In this document: one piece after another, positions 13,203-27,354 of the stretch
Layout of the letters: the number at the start of each line of letters is the position of its first letter
Numbering within the stretch: position 1 is the first letter of the stretch
NCBI RefSeq assembly: GCF_006345805.1
Contig: NC_043000.1
Coordinates: 74,462,001 to 74,526,000 of the forward strand
Length of the DNA: 64,000 bases
Direction: 5' to 3'
DNA from: Octopus sinensis
Taxonomy: Eukaryota
The notes under the pieces: generated by a model
The model's input: only the letters and a program-made list of their open reading frames with translations
What the model was told of the DNA's origin: nothing
Database searches by the model: none
Made by a program: the position numbers and the translations under genes

Positions 13203-13725
13203 TTAGGTTAAATATTATAAAAAAAGTATCCTTTGGAACATCCCAGTATAATAATCATTTATAATTTGTTTAGTTTCTAGATTATAAAATATAAATAATT
13301 TTGTATCCAAAGTACCTCAGTAAATTAAGTGATTGTCTCCAGTCTAGTTATGTGAATAGTAACAAAATTTAAATTTTTTGTTCTCTATAACAGAATGGAC
13401 TTGGTGGTTCTGTTCAAATTATTTTATTGTTGCATGAATTGTTGCAAAAAGTATTTTCTGGGTGGATATCCTACTTAATGACATTTATCTAAATATGAAA
13501 CAGTATTAGTACCTAGATATATTCACTGTGATAAGTCAAGTAATGCAATTGTACCCCATTCAAGTTGCATCTATTGATTGTGAGCAAATGGTTGGCACAT
13601 CAGCTTCTATTATTATTATTTAACTGAAAATGGTAAAACTTATTATGAAATTGCATTATACTAACAAGATTAAGTAAAATACATGGAGATTTGTTTTACT
13701 GACACTTTTTAGCTAACAATATAGT

Positions 13726-15141
13726 TGTTGTGTGGATGCCCCCAGATGATAAGTAGACTAGTTCAATACGTATAAAAGATAGGTTCATAAACAAGATTAA
13801 AAAATATGTTGAGTAACATGAAAAATATAAATGAGCGGGATGCAGGTTCAAAGCACTATTTAGTAAGTGATGAGTTATTATTTGCACAAAGAGTAGTAGT
13901 ACCTGAAGCGCTACAATACAGAGTATTAAAAGACTTCCATGTAGGACATCCGGGGATTGTCGAGATGAAGAGTCTCATGAGGAGTTACGTTTATTGGCTG
14001 AATATGGACAAGCAAATTGAGAGCCTGGTAAAACAGTGTAGGGGATGTGCTATGGCAGTAAAGGCGCCCCCAGTGCAGATTCAACCGTGGCCAAAAACAG
14101 ATTCGGCATGGTCTAGACTCCATGTGGATTTCGCAGGACCAATAAATGGCTCTCATTATATCATCATAGTGATAGTTATTCTAAATGGCTTGAAGTGTGT
14201 AAATGTTCAAGGCCAACCACAAGTGCGACGATTGACTTCTTGGAAGAATTATTCACTCATTTGGGATGCAAGATACGATTGTGTCAGATAATGGTACACA
14301 ATTCATGGTGAAGGAGTTTGAAAGATTCTGTAAGTCGGTTAAAATGAAGCATGTGTTAACTCTGCCATACCATCCAAGGTCAAATGGGTTAGCGGAAAGA
14401 ATCGTCGACACATTTAAGAAAGACCAGATGGGAAACCCTTGAAGATACAAAGATGGCAAAGTTTTTGCAGGTGTATAGAATAACACCGACTCCAAATGCA
14501 GAGTCGGGTAGGTCACCCGCAGATTTGATGTTTTCCAGAAAAATTCGTTCTATGATAAATTGTTGCCAAGTAGGAAACAGAAAATAGAAATTTTGGGAAG
14601 AAGAACGAAATTTTTTAACATGGATGATGAAGTGTATTTTAAAATATATAGAAATGGAAAACAGGACTGGAAACAAGGAAGTATAACTGGACATCTGGAT
14701 AGCGTGATGTACATGATGAAAGGACCAAAATATGAACACAGAAGCATATAAAGCAATTAAAAAAAGATATGCCAGTTTCTCACCAGAGAAATAAAATTGA
14801 TAAATTCAGGTTTCGAAAAAAAAAAAAAAACCCTCAAAAGGGAGAGGTGTTGTGTGGATGCCCCCAGACGATAAGTAGGCTAGTCCAATACGTATAAATA
14901 GTGGACGTGATAGCTAGACAGGAAGTGTCACGTAGAGCAAGCCAGAGCCATGAGTAGACTAGATGTCGAGTTCTGTTGAATTGAATTGTCGGAAATGAGA
15001 GTTTGGTGGTTGAGTAGAGGTACGTTATTGGTGAAGGCATGCCATCCGAACTTGCGATATAACTATAGTATAGACATGTTTTGGAATTTTGTAGTGTCTT
15101 AATGTGTACATATGACAAAAAAGTAAAATATTCACACTACA
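13726..15141 (+). mobile_element. Ty3/Gypsy LTR retrotransposon, internally deleted (integrase remnant plus 3' LTR)
   Basis: FHVGHPGIVEMKSLMRSYVYW..CRGC (zinc-binding region), RLHVDFAGP, VSDNGTQF and YHPRSNGLAER. PPT AAAAGGGAGAGG precedes an LTR TGTTG...CTACA at 14848-15141. The first ~48 bp of the LTR recur at 13726. Confidence 0.9.
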
Positions 15142-17194
15142 AATGAAATTTGGGGCATTAACTTTTAATTTAGTAACTTAATGTCAAATTCCTGTTACAC
15201 TTTCATTCCTTTGCTTCTGAAGAGCTGCTAACCTTTACATTGTGTGCATGTATACTGAAATGCTACTCCCTCCTTCCTACTCTCTCACACACATATAATA
15301 TCCAAGAAATGGACATCTGAGTATTAAGGAAATTTTTAGTCTTTAAATGTCTCTTTTTATTTCTTGGCCTTACCAACCCTGTGCCACCTCAAATAAACTC
15401 ATATGATTTGGCAACTCACAAGTTGTTTCTTCCGCTACAGTAATCTCTATTCATTTGCACTCACCAGCTCCATGCCACCTTGTGTGAACTTTTACGATAT
15501 AACTTCTTGTACTCCTTTTGGAACTCTGTTGCTACTCATCACAATAACTTCCCCTATTTGATTATCTTCAAACTAGGATAATTTAAATGGCCATGAAAAG
15601 AATTCAATTAAAAAGTTATCAGTTAATATTAAAGTCAATCCTTTTTTTTTGTGTGTGTAAAATGTAGTAAATAATGAATATAGTATTTGGCAAGCTTAGC
15701 AAATATGGCTTACTTTGAAAATTAATTTATATTCATTCTTCTCAGCTTCATCTAATGTATATATTGTTCTTTTTCAATTGAATATCTTTAGTGAGCACTG
15801 TAGGTTAAAAGTCATTGGAGTACCACAGAAGAATGTCTTTGTGTATGTATTATATGGCTGGTGTCTCAGTTTATTCTACATATATATTCCCAAGCTATAG
15901 CTATGGAAGGAAACATTTATTCATTTTAACTTTGTTGCCATTGCTTAATGAGCTATATTCTCCTGTGGCATCAGTGTACAGTTTGATAGATTAACCTCTC
16001 TAAGAGTCAAGCATAACAGTGAGGAAGAAATAAGCTGAAAGCTTGGCACTCTGTCAACTCAGCTACTTGCTGAGTAAAAATATTTTATTCAAGAACTGAA
16101 TGAAGGTACAATATTTGTATTTTGCATTTGCACTCATGAATGAAAAATTTTGTGCATATGATGTAAAAGGGTGGCCACTCCTACTCTATTATCTCCCAAG
16201 CACTCTTCTGGATACAAGATGATTTAATACGTCATTACAGATTTGTGCAAGCTATCAGTATTGTTTTTTTTAGCTATTTTTTAAAACCAACCCACCTTGA
16301 GACTGCCCTTGATTCTATGATACTAACTTCTTGTTTTAAAATGATTTAAATTAAAACATTCCATCAAAATGTTGTACTAAGTTAATAATGACAAAATTCT
16401 TTATTATATTTTTCATTATTTAAAAAATTAATTGAAACAAAGGCAGTATATTTCAACAGAAATATGGTAACAAAAGGGTTAATTGCTTAAAAGTTCGCTC
16501 ATCTTGAAAGCACTACTAAAAGTAGGAGATAGGAAAGCTTACCAAATGAGTCATCAAAGTTTGATGGGATTGTGTAGTTGAAATTCAAGTCTCAACATGA
16601 GATTAGTAATCTTTTGGAGTGCTTTAAAAATAAAAGAAATTATTGAGTTGCTTTTATAATTATTAATTTTCATATGTTCTGTCTTTTTAGTATTTTCTAG
16701 TTTAAAATGTTTTGAACATTATCTTGATCTCTTTTGTTAGGAAACGATGATGATCTTGACATCCTTTGGCTCAACTTCATATTTATAAGTACTTAGTGAC
16801 AACATTTTATCCTCCTTAATTGTCTCAAAGTTTTTCTTTTAATAGCCAGATATTGTTAGTAATAGCAATTATATTAAAATATGAAGCACAGCCTTAGTCA
16901 ATCATATTGATTTGTGGCCTGCTATAGGAGCTATTCTTTGACAATTGTTCATTTGTGTGACATGCCCTACCCAACATAGAAATAAAGCATTTATTTCCCA
17001 AATTGACAAGTTTGCTATAGTGTTATCATTTGTTCATTGACCAAGATCCTATTGCAGGCCAAAGGTAGGTTGTTATTATTAATATATTTAATACAAGAAT
17101 TGAATAGAAGTACAAGATTTGTGTGCAACATTTACACTCATGCATGAAAAATATCAGTGCATGAGATGAAAATAGTGGTTACACCTGTATTAAT

Positions 17195-17545
17195 TGGCAG
17201 GATTATTAGTGTCAGAAAAATTTTTTGGTTTTTGTTCTGACTCTTTATGTTCTGGTTTCAACTTTGTCTTTCATCCATTCTGAGTCAATAAAATAAATGT
17301 CCAAGACTAACCCCTTCCTCTGAAAATTGCTGGCCTTGTACCTAAGTTAGAAACTATTATGGTAGCAAGCTGGCAGAATCATTAGAGCATCAAACAAAAT
17401 ACCTTGTGTCATTTGTTCTGGCTCTTTATATTCTGAGCTCAAATCCCACTGATGTTAAGCTAGCTTTTCATCCATGTGAGGTTAATGAAATAAAATACCA
17501 GGGTTGATGGTATTAACTTGTCTCCTACCTCAAAAATTTAAGCCA
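17195..17545 (+). mobile_element. Two degenerate copies of the CTTTCATCC-domain SINE
   Basis: CTTTCATCCATTCTGAG...AAATTGCTGGCCTTGTACCTAAGTTAGAAAC followed by AGCTGGCAGAATCATTAGAGCA...TTTTCATCCATGTGAGG. Similar to 12990-13202. Confidence 0.6.
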
Positions 17546-18049
17546 GGAATCATTTTTTTTTTTTGAGGGAGTCCCATTCAGCATGCAAGAGTGTAGCTAC
17601 CTGTAAAACTACTCATTTGAGATCACTGATTATGTGGTACCTAGTACCATTACTGAATAAATACTCAGTTAAAAGCTCACTCTATAAATCACCTTCATGT
17701 TATATTCTGATGGAATATTACATAAATTGTTCAGACAAAGAGAGATTGCCCCATATTGGCCATTAATTCTGACTCAATCTTGCTAACCAGTGACATGCAA
17801 TAAACAAATATAGCTACAAATATGCTAATTGGTATAAAAAAAAACAGTAGTAGTTGTCAATCACTGCTGCTGAGTCAATAAACTATTTACTTTGAAGTTG
17901 AAGTGATATCATGATAGAACCAGGCAGTACTGCTTTTGTTTATGCTGGCTGATGTCTACCAAGAGGAAGTTCAATAATACGAACTTCTACTATATGCTGC
18001 CCAGAAACTACACACTCCTGTACACTTTTATTCCACATCTCCCACTGCC

Positions 18050-18830
18050 ACTAACCCTATCATAAATATATCTGGAAACTTTACTATCTATTTTCTTTCT
18101 GAACTTCATAAACTCCAAAACCTTGCTTGGCTTATTGTCTCTGCCTGTACCCGTCTTATTGAAATCCTCTGCAGCTACTTTGATAAAATCATTTCAGCTT
18201 TGTCAATGCCCTGCTCTCTCATATCAATTCTACAAACCTTTAACTTTCTGAACTCTTTTTTTCCCCTCCTTGTTCCTTCCAACTCTTATTTTCTATGGAT
18301 ATAAAATTCCTTATACACCATCACACCCCACAAAAATATATTCTTAGTCCTTAAACATTTCAACCTCTACCCATCACACGAATCTATCACTAACACCCTT
18401 CTTCACTCCAAATTGTTCTTGCTTTCCAATAAGTTATATCAGCCAACCATCTTAATGAGTCCTGATATATGACAATTTTATTGGCACTACTTAACTCTTT
18501 AGAGATGAAATTAATTACATCATTCCTATGTTGTCACCTTCACCCTACTCTGGAATTATTTCTGTCATCTCCAACATTTTTGTCACTCTCCTCAACATCT
18601 CTTCTCATGTAGATAGCCCTTATATTTCTACTTTTGTGCATTATAAATCCACAAGCTCACACCTATACCTTGACTTTTCATCTCACATTAAAACATTTTA
18701 TTCATACAATTGTATCAGCAAAGGTTCAGATTTTCTCAAGATGCAATGATTTAGATTTCCTCTCCAAATTTGAAAACTATATGCCAAGTCTTTTACACAT
18801 GGGTGAGTGGGGGCAGGTTATCCTGAATCA
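18050..18830 (+). pseudogene. Old Penelope-like RT remnant
   Basis: Decayed frames resemble PLE RT motifs: LHKLQN..WLIVSACT (PKIHK..RPIVSAC), SMDIK/SLYT, VHYKST.SHLYL (YKPTDSHSYL) and FSRCNDLDF. Confidence 0.6.
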
Positions 18831-21570
18831 CTAATCAACATTGCACTCCATCAACTCAAGTTATTGGCAGAACCTCAGCACTCTTAACACAAAATGCTCA
18901 GAGATAAGGTTCCTGTTTTTTTCTCCATCTTTGACTTGCCAACTCTGTTGGAACATGAATGTTAAATGGTGATGATGATACCTGACAGATCAGAAGACAG
19001 CAGTGTGCTTCATTTTCTACTTTGATATAGTTTCTATCACTGGATGTCCTTCCTAATGTCAACCACTTTACTGTAAGTACTTGGTTCTTTTTTTCATACC
19101 ACCTAGTGAGGTTACTATGCTGTTTCTAGAAAGAGGCTGCTTTATGCAAACAAATGAAGGATTAAGGTACAAGAGAAGGACCCAGAGCAGAAGAGATTCC
19201 TTGTCATAGGGGTGCTTCAAGGTTACTCATGTTTTAGAAGAGAGGGTGCAGGTTGATTGGAGTGGAGTGGAGTGGAGGAAAGATAAAAATAGTGGTGATA
19301 AGGTATAAGCTGATGTAAGTTGGACAGGTATTTGAAGCATTGTTTGTTTGGCTGGATGCTCTTCCATTTGTCAATCTTTTTATGTTTTACAACTAATGGA
19401 GTTTTTATTCCACAGCAGAAAAGTGTAGAGCTGCAGGATGTAATGTGTGCTGAGAACATAAACTCAAGAAGCAGAAATGACAACTTCATATACATAAATA
19501 CATATGCTTACACATATAGGATAGGTTTCTATGTATTTCTGTCTGACAATTTCACTCACATAACATTAGTTGGCCCAAGCCACTTAAAGACACTTGCCTA
19601 AAGTGCGTCATGGTTGTGAACCCACAAGAATAGGTAAAAATACCTCTCTTGCAGTCATTAACGAACTCCTCTCATTCTCATCAACTTTTCCCCTCTTTAT
19701 CATGTATACAGTTTGTCAACCTCTGTCATCAATTTTTTCTCGTCTTCTCCTGACCTTAACTTGTTTGCTTTACAAGATATCCCTCCCATCCCCCACTACC
19801 TGCTTTCTTGTGAATCATCTCAGAATTCTCTTAAAAAATAGGCTGAGATGAATGAAATGCAAAAATTCTTAATCGAAGTTTCCCTCAAAAGAAAAGAAAG
19901 CAAAAATCTAGTGGCAATTGTTAATGACTCTCAAAGAAAAAGAAGATAGCTTCATAACATCAAGAATTAATTTCATGAAATTTATTTACATACTTAGAGG
20001 CAAACCTAATCTTTTGTCAGCTGGAAAGAGGATAACCATAGTCACATTTCTATTTTATTGGACCTTGTCAGCATAATAGCATTTAGTCAAGTTTGATTTG
20101 ATCAGTTGGTAGTATGTTTACATATGAAAATAGAGTTACAAAGATTTTAGGGTATAGTAGTTAAAGTAATTTGAAATCAAAAAAATGAAACGAGTTAAAT
20201 GAATGGTCCAGTAGCATGCATTGAAATGAATTAAGTGAGTAGACTTAATAAACAACAGAAAAACATTTTCAATTAACTGAAATGTCCATTTCAAAAGAAA
20301 ACAAAAACTTGGGAATAATCATTAGCAGGACTTAAGCAGGGAGATCATTTTCAGAAATTACAAGTTATTTTCACAAAATTTATCTATATGCTTAGGAGAA
20401 AATCTTATCTATGCCAAGAAACAAGTTGCATCTACAGGCATGTTTCACTATTATTTGATGTTGTCTACAAAGCATAGTCAAACTCAAGCCTGATCAATTA
20501 ATTGAGAAATGTTTTTACATATAGTAAAAGAGTTGCTTATTTTTTCTTCTCTTAGTCTTTATTTAGCCTTACACCCCCTCTTTTTTTTTTTGGGGTTTTT
20601 CTTTTGCTATTTGTGGATCCTCTGTTGTGCCATGTGAGTGTTTTGGATAAATTCTGACAAATTATCTTTTTTTGTGAAAGAAGCTCAAAATAAGAGGTCA
20701 TCCACTGAACTGCATTAAAGAAATTACAAACTTCATCCTGTGTTCTTTGTAGTATTTTAACTTTATTTCATTTACCTTTTCATAAATGGATAGTCATTAA
20801 AATTGGCAGGATAATGATGGTATACATCTGCAAGATTTAAAATGACAGTAATTCTATAACAATTCTCATGCAACCTGGTTGTTAATTGTTTTTCACCAGT
20901 TTATTAAACAAAATCAATGAAAGCAAAGCATCTTAACCATGCATTAGTTATAATATGTAGAACTCTAAGCACTCTCTTCAATCAAATCAGAAATAGTCTT
21001 TGTCTGCTCTTATTTCAGCTTGCACAACACAGTTAAACAAAATATCCATTTGCTGTATTTCAATTTTGCCAAGTTATCCAACATATATGTTGATTTCTGT
21101 TCTTTTATGTCAGAAACATTTTCCAATTACACTGAAGGGATGACCCAAAAGGAAAGAAGATTATTTCAGAAGTGTATGCAACACTTTTAACCCAAACCCT
21201 ATTCCTTATAAATGCTATAATGGAAAATTGTTTACTTTATTTCTCTGAAATACTTTCATTATGAACATCTGGAAGTAAATGCATGCTGTTTTGGAACACT
21301 GAATTATTGCTAGTGTGTTTTGAATCCATATTTTAATAATATGAGGAAGAGTACTGTCTGAAACATTAGTCTTTATTTCATCTTACAGCACAAAAATTTC
21401 TCCACTACAATATTCTTTTTTAGACTTACATTCTGCATTGAAACACTTTGGTCTACATTTCATGTTTTCATTCCTACTGCATTCTACCTTATACTGGGAC
21501 CAAATGTAAAGAAATTGAGAGAAAGTATATCTAACCGTACCTTTCAATGTTTCTTCAGTTTCAAAATTTT

Positions 21571-21797
21571 TGTTACTCTAAATCTTTTGTATCCTGGTGT
21601 TGGATATATAATCTTACGAAGCAGTGGGAAAGAAAGTATTTACACGACACAATACAATTGCTGTTACAGAAGGTTAAACGCTTTCTCCTAACAGCTCACA
21701 GTGAACTTCCCAATCAATTGCTCACAGTTCTTTATATTATAGCAATGTGTTAGTCCACTTTTAGTCACTTGGGGGTGGTCAGAATCCTTCCACAACA
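21571..21797 (-). repeat. 3' LTR of the Gypsy element
   Basis: Minus strand runs TGTTGTGG...GTAACA. Homologous to 27355-27579. Confidence 0.85.
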
Positions 21798-23723
21798 TCT
21801 CTTTTTAGAATTAATCTCCCCTAATGTCTCCCCTTTTGAGAATTGAACTCTGTTCAGAGTTTTAATATCTCTTACACTTAGGGTTTGATTCCAGTGATTC
21901 CTTTCTTTTCAATTTTCTGGTGCTAGAATGTGTAGTTTCAAGTTTGGGTGTTGGTATCTTGGGGATTTCTCCTGACCGTTTTTTCTGTGAATCTTTTATT
22001 TGAGTTGGTTAATATGTCTTATGTTTGACATTTTTACCTTTTTCCAGGAATAACTTTCTTCCAATTTGTTTGATAGTTACACTGCCCTCCCAGCTTTCTT
22101 TACTGTATCTATAGGGTTTTGGAAAAACATTGTCACCGAACTTGAAGAATTTTGAAGTATTTTTGTTGTTTGCCCTTTTTCTATTTTCACTTGGTATCAG
22201 CTTATCAAAGACAGATCTGACCTTTCTAGCAAATATCAATTTTGTGGGTGACATTCCAGATGGGGTATTTGGATTAGGTGTTACTCGATGCACTATTAGA
22301 AATTGTTGAAGTGCAAGGTCATCCATTACTTCTTTGTTCACCTTTTTTCATGCCCTCTTGAAAGTGTCAATAAAATGTTCTGCTTGTCTGAAGTAAATTG
22401 AGTTCCATTATCAGACACTGGTATCGGGTATACGATATCTGGCAAACAATTCATGTAAAAAAACTTACTGTAACCACAGATGTTAGCTTTTTATACTTAT
22501 GCATTTCAGGCCACTTTGAAAAACTGTTCACCACAACAAGGTAATATGTACCCTTAAGTGGGCTTGCATAATCAACATGCAGTCTGGACCAAGGAATATC
22601 TGTTTTTGACAATGGTTGCCATTTAGTGGTAGGTGCTTTTGCAGCTAGGGCACACGCTCTGCATGCTTTAACTAGTTCTTCAATGTCACAGTCCATTGTT
22701 GGCCAGTATACATAACTTTTCATTAACGATTTCATTCTTGAAATTCTTGGGTGACCAATGTGAAATCGTTTCTGTAGTGTAGCTGGCACTATGACTCTTT
22801 GTGCATACATCAACACATTGTCACACATTGAGAAGGGTTCGCATTTGTGTTGCACATATTTTTATCGCTTTTAGCCTTCAACATTTCTTTAATATTTTTA
22901 ATGAATTTTTTATTTTCTGATTTTAATTTTATGTCTTGTAATGTGATTGGTAGTTAATGTATGACGTTACACAAAACATTTTGTATTTCATTTTCTGCTT
23001 GCAACGCAACAATTATGGTATCTTCAAATGCTTCAGTATGTTTTGAAATCAGTCTTGATAAACAGTCAGTGTGTCCTAATTTCTTAGATAGTAGCAGTAT
23101 GGGTAAGGATTCCTTTCTTTTGACCCATATATCAATAATAATGGATGATGATCACTCTGTAGTCAGAAAATCTTACCATGTAAAAATTGTATAAAATTCT
23201 TTTACAGCAAAAATAATTGCTAGAACCTCTGTTTCAATTTGGTTGTAATTTTTTTCTATTGATATCAGAGAACATGGAGCATGAACTATCGCCTACATGT
23301 TACCATCTTTATATTCATGTAGCATTGCTGCTCCTATACTATACTCAGAGGCATTTGAAACAATCTCTGCAGCACGATTGGAGTGTGCAGGGCTGGCCTT
23401 AGAAGGTGTGGGGCCGATTGGAAACAATTTTGGTGAGCCCCAGGTTCCCAGTTAAATTGCACCTCGGAAATTCCCTCCCCACTACCTTGGGGTTATTTTT
23501 TACCCTTGTTTTGTTTTCAGGTGCTATCAACTAATCTTGCCTCCTAATATACTGCTGAGAACTTTTTCCCCCTTAGCGGCATATTAAGTGACCAGAATAG
23601 TGGCTGTTTTTGTATGTTTAATAACTGCTATTTCTAGTATACTAAACAGCCATGTTAAGGATGGGCTGCCTTTCAGTTTATTTAAAACAGAGTATAATAT
23701 GTGTGTGGATGTGTATATATATT

Positions 23724-23767
<44 letters not shown>

Positions 23768-23786
23768 TGTGTATGTGTATATATAT

Positions 23787-23835
<49 letters not shown>

Positions 23836-23837
<2 letters not shown>

Positions 23838-24240
23838 CGCAGGAGTGGCTGTGTGGTAAGTAGCTTGTTTACCAACCACATGGTTCCGGGTTCAGTCCCA
23901 CTGCGTGGCACCTTGGGCAAGTGTTTTCTACTATAGCCTCAGGCCGACCAAAGCCTTGTGAGTGGATTTGGTAGACGGAAACTGAAAGAAGCCCGTCGTA
24001 TATATGTATATATATATATATGCGTGTGTGTGCTTGTGTCTATGTTTGTCCTCCTAGCATTCCTTGACAACCGATGCTGGTGTGTTTATGTCCCCGTTAC
24101 TTAGCGGTTCAGCAAAAGAGACCGATAGAATAAGTACTAGGCTTACAAAAGAATAAGTCCCGGGGTCGAGTTGCTCGATTAAAGGTGGTGCTCCAGCATG
24201 GCCGCAGTCAAATGACTGAAACAAGTAAGTAAGTAAAAGA
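23836..24240 (+). mobile_element. tRNA-derived SINE (same family as 319-726)
   Basis: Complete head, body and tail. Confidence 0.92.
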
Positions 24241-24275
24241 TATATATATATATATATATAATATATATATATATA

Positions 24276-24678
24276 GGCGCAGGAGTGGCTGTGTGGTAAG
24301 TAGCTTGTTTACCAACCACATGGTTCCGGGTTCAGTCCCACTGCGTGGCACCTTGGGCAAGTGTTTTCTACTATAGCCTCAGGCCGACCAAAGCCTTGTG
24401 AGTGGATTTGGTAGACGGAAACTGAAAGAAGCCCGTCGTATATATGTATATATATATATATGCGTGTGTGTGCTTGTGTCTATGTTTGTCCTCCTAGCAT
24501 TGCTTGACAACCGATGCTGGTGTGTTTATGTCCCCGTTACTTAGCGGTTCAGCAAAAGAGACCGATAGAATAAGTACTGGGCTTACAAAAGAATAAGTCC
24601 CGGGGTCGAGTTGCTCGATTAAAGGCGGTGCTCCAGCATGGCCGCAGTCAAATGACTGAAACAAGTAAGTAAGTAAAA

Positions 24679-24680
<2 letters not shown>
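24276..24680 (+). mobile_element. tRNA-derived SINE, tandem near-identical copy of 23836-24240
   Basis: Period 440 bp with about three substitutions seen. Confidence 0.9.
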
Positions 24681-24726
<46 letters not shown>

Positions 24727-25110
24727 GTAAATTAATATGTTACCATTATTCAATAGTCAAGATAAAACTCTAAGTTTCAGATGCTGAAGTGGAAATCCAC
24801 AACACCATCTCTTCGGTTATCTGGCGATCTGAAAAACGCTATGTAAAAATACCGTTATATAAAGGGAAATTACTGTGTTATAATTCCGCTACTAATATAA
24901 ATTAAGATTAAATGTTCATAGTAAACACGTAAACATGGCTACTCATACACTCACATGTGCACTCGAGGACCCACGTGCGTACTAATACGTCACTATGAAA
25001 ACGTACACATCTTCACTCATATTTTTCGCCAAATGTATATGCATATATATACAAACTCATACACACACACGCGTACCGTAAAAGTTCATACATATGTCTA
25101 TATACGTATA

Positions 25111-25283
25111 GGCGCAGGAGTGGCTGTGTGGTAAGTAGCTTGCTTACCAACCACATGGTTTCGGGTTCAGTCCCACTGCATGGCACCTTGGGCAAGTGTC
25201 TTCTACTATAGCCTCGGGCCGACCAAGCCTTGTGAGTGGATTTGGTAGATGGAAACTGAAAGAAGCCCGTCGTATATATGTAT

Positions 25284-25317
<34 letters not shown>

Positions 25318-25515
25318 ATGTTTGTGTGTCTGTGTCTGTCCCTGCAACATCACTTGACAATCGATGTTGGTGTGCTTGCGTCCCCGTAACTTAGCGGTTC
25401 GGCAAAAGAGACCGATAGAGTAAGTACTAGGCTTACAAAGAATAAGTCCTGGGGTCGATTTACTTGACTAAAGGCGGTGCTCCAGCATGGCCGCAGTCAA
25501 ATGACTGAAACAAGT
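25111..25515 (+). mobile_element. tRNA-derived SINE (same family)
   Basis: Complete head, body and tail. Confidence 0.9.
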
Positions 25516-27354
25516 TTAAAAAAAATTTTTTAAATACGCACAAGCACAAGAAAAAACATGGTTAAAGGTAACAATACAGAAAAAAACAACAATACAGAAA
25601 AAAACATAAGGAAGTATACAAAGCATAAAAACCACGTTCATATACGGACATGCCCTTATGCACTCATACACACACACACGCCCATATATGTACATACCCG
25701 CACATATTTATACACGCATACACACACAAAAAAAAGGATATACATATGCCCCCAAAAAAACCTTAAAAAATTTGTAAAAATTCTAAGTAAAAACGTCTAT
25801 ATATATATGCATTCTTATGCCCGTACACACTCACACATCTAAAACTGCTCACTCATACATATTCACACACGTGTACAAATAAATCTATATACATGTATAG
25901 AAAGGCACAGGAAAAAATGCAGCATGGAAGAGTACAGAAAAAATTGTGTGAAAATATAAAAAATATATGAAATAATAAAAGGTATAATGAGATAAAAAAC
26001 TTTTTGGACATAAGCAAGTTCTATTTGTTTTCTTGAGGGGACCAAAAACGTAACAAAATTTCTTCAAATTCAGCAGCTGACTCAAGCAGTAGGGTTTTTC
26101 TTTTGATATCTTGTGTCTCTAAAGTGTAGAAAGTATGCCTTTTCTTCTTTTCTTGTTTGGAAAGACCATGTAGATTTTTTTAAAAGACTTCAAGGAGCCA
26201 CCTTTATGAAATGTCACAGTTTAAGATGTGGCCCTCTTGAATGCGAGGCCCAATTGGGAGCAATCAGTCCAATCAGCTTAAGGCCAGCCCTGGAAGTGAG
26301 CTAACAACAAATCAGATGTTAATATTTTTATTTCCTCAAATGCCTTTTGACAATTCCCTGACCAATTCCACTTTACGTGTATCTGTGTTAATTATCGAGA
26401 TATCACTGCCTGTGTCCAGTTGTAACTTTACGGTTGTGTTATTCAGTTTTACATACAGAAATTTCCCTTGAAGCTCGTTTGTATTGCTTGTCACCAATAA
26501 CCTGTTTAATATTTTAAAACAGATAATTACTTTTAAACTATAGACCACCGCACTCATAACAGATTCGGTCTTGACATTTTTCTTTTTCATATCCGATACT
26601 GGTCGACAAGCAATCTTTTTCTTCAGTTTTCTTTGTGTCATGTCTTAAATTTATAATCCTCTGGCATTCTTCTGCTACTGCCTGCAGAATTAATTTTTCA
26701 TCTGCTTCTAATTTTGTTAATATCCAGGAACATATATCTGTATCTTTGCTTGCAGTAAGCCCTTGAACAAAAATTAGACATTTCATTTAATTATACAATT
26801 AATTTAATTTGAATTTTTCACACTCTCTGTTAACAACCCCAGCATAGGTGATAAAATCTTGATCATCTTTTTTGACCAAATTTAGACACTGAACAGGGAA
26901 CTTATTTCACTGAAAATTTCAATAAAAAATTGTTTCATCAAAAGAAATCTCACCTGGCTTTTTCAGCATAATGTAGTTACTATATTTTTCGTGTTTGGCA
27001 GTGGATAACTATCTTAAAAGTAGTCATAAATTTTTCTCATTCATCCAGTTTTTACATTCTTTTTCAACGATGTCTTCATATCTTTGGAAATATGGAGAGA
27101 AGGTAATCCCTTCTTCTAGTATATAGCTGAATTCTTCAATTGAATTTACTATGCTGGCTGATGAATAAGAACCTGCAGTATTATCTGACTTGTTCAAAAT
27201 TAATTCCATCAACTGTTGGTTTGGTTGTTGCTGTTGTTGTTGCAACTGCACCACGGAGGCTAATAAGTCTTCCATGTTAAAATGATTTTTTCTTTGGTTT
27301 TGTACCAAAAAAAAAAAAAAAGGATTTAACATCCAGCACAAGCTTTGAACAACT

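Larger units (their letters stand above)
23388..26292. mobile_element. Non-autonomous hAT-type DNA transposon
   Basis: Perfect 14-bp TIRs CAGGGCTGGCCTTA / TAAGGCCAGCCCTG. Flanks GGAGTGTG and GAAGTGAG match at 6 of 8 positions, consistent with a decayed 8-bp TSD. The Gypsy frame LAHF|NRAAEIVSNAS is restored on removal. Confidence 0.85.

Noticed and set aside
10930-21300. Several short AG...GT-bounded segments as host exons (e.g. ~10950, ~11630, ~16740, ~21110)
   Set aside because: No recognisable protein similarity or consistent phase chain; such sites arise by chance in AT-rich DNA.
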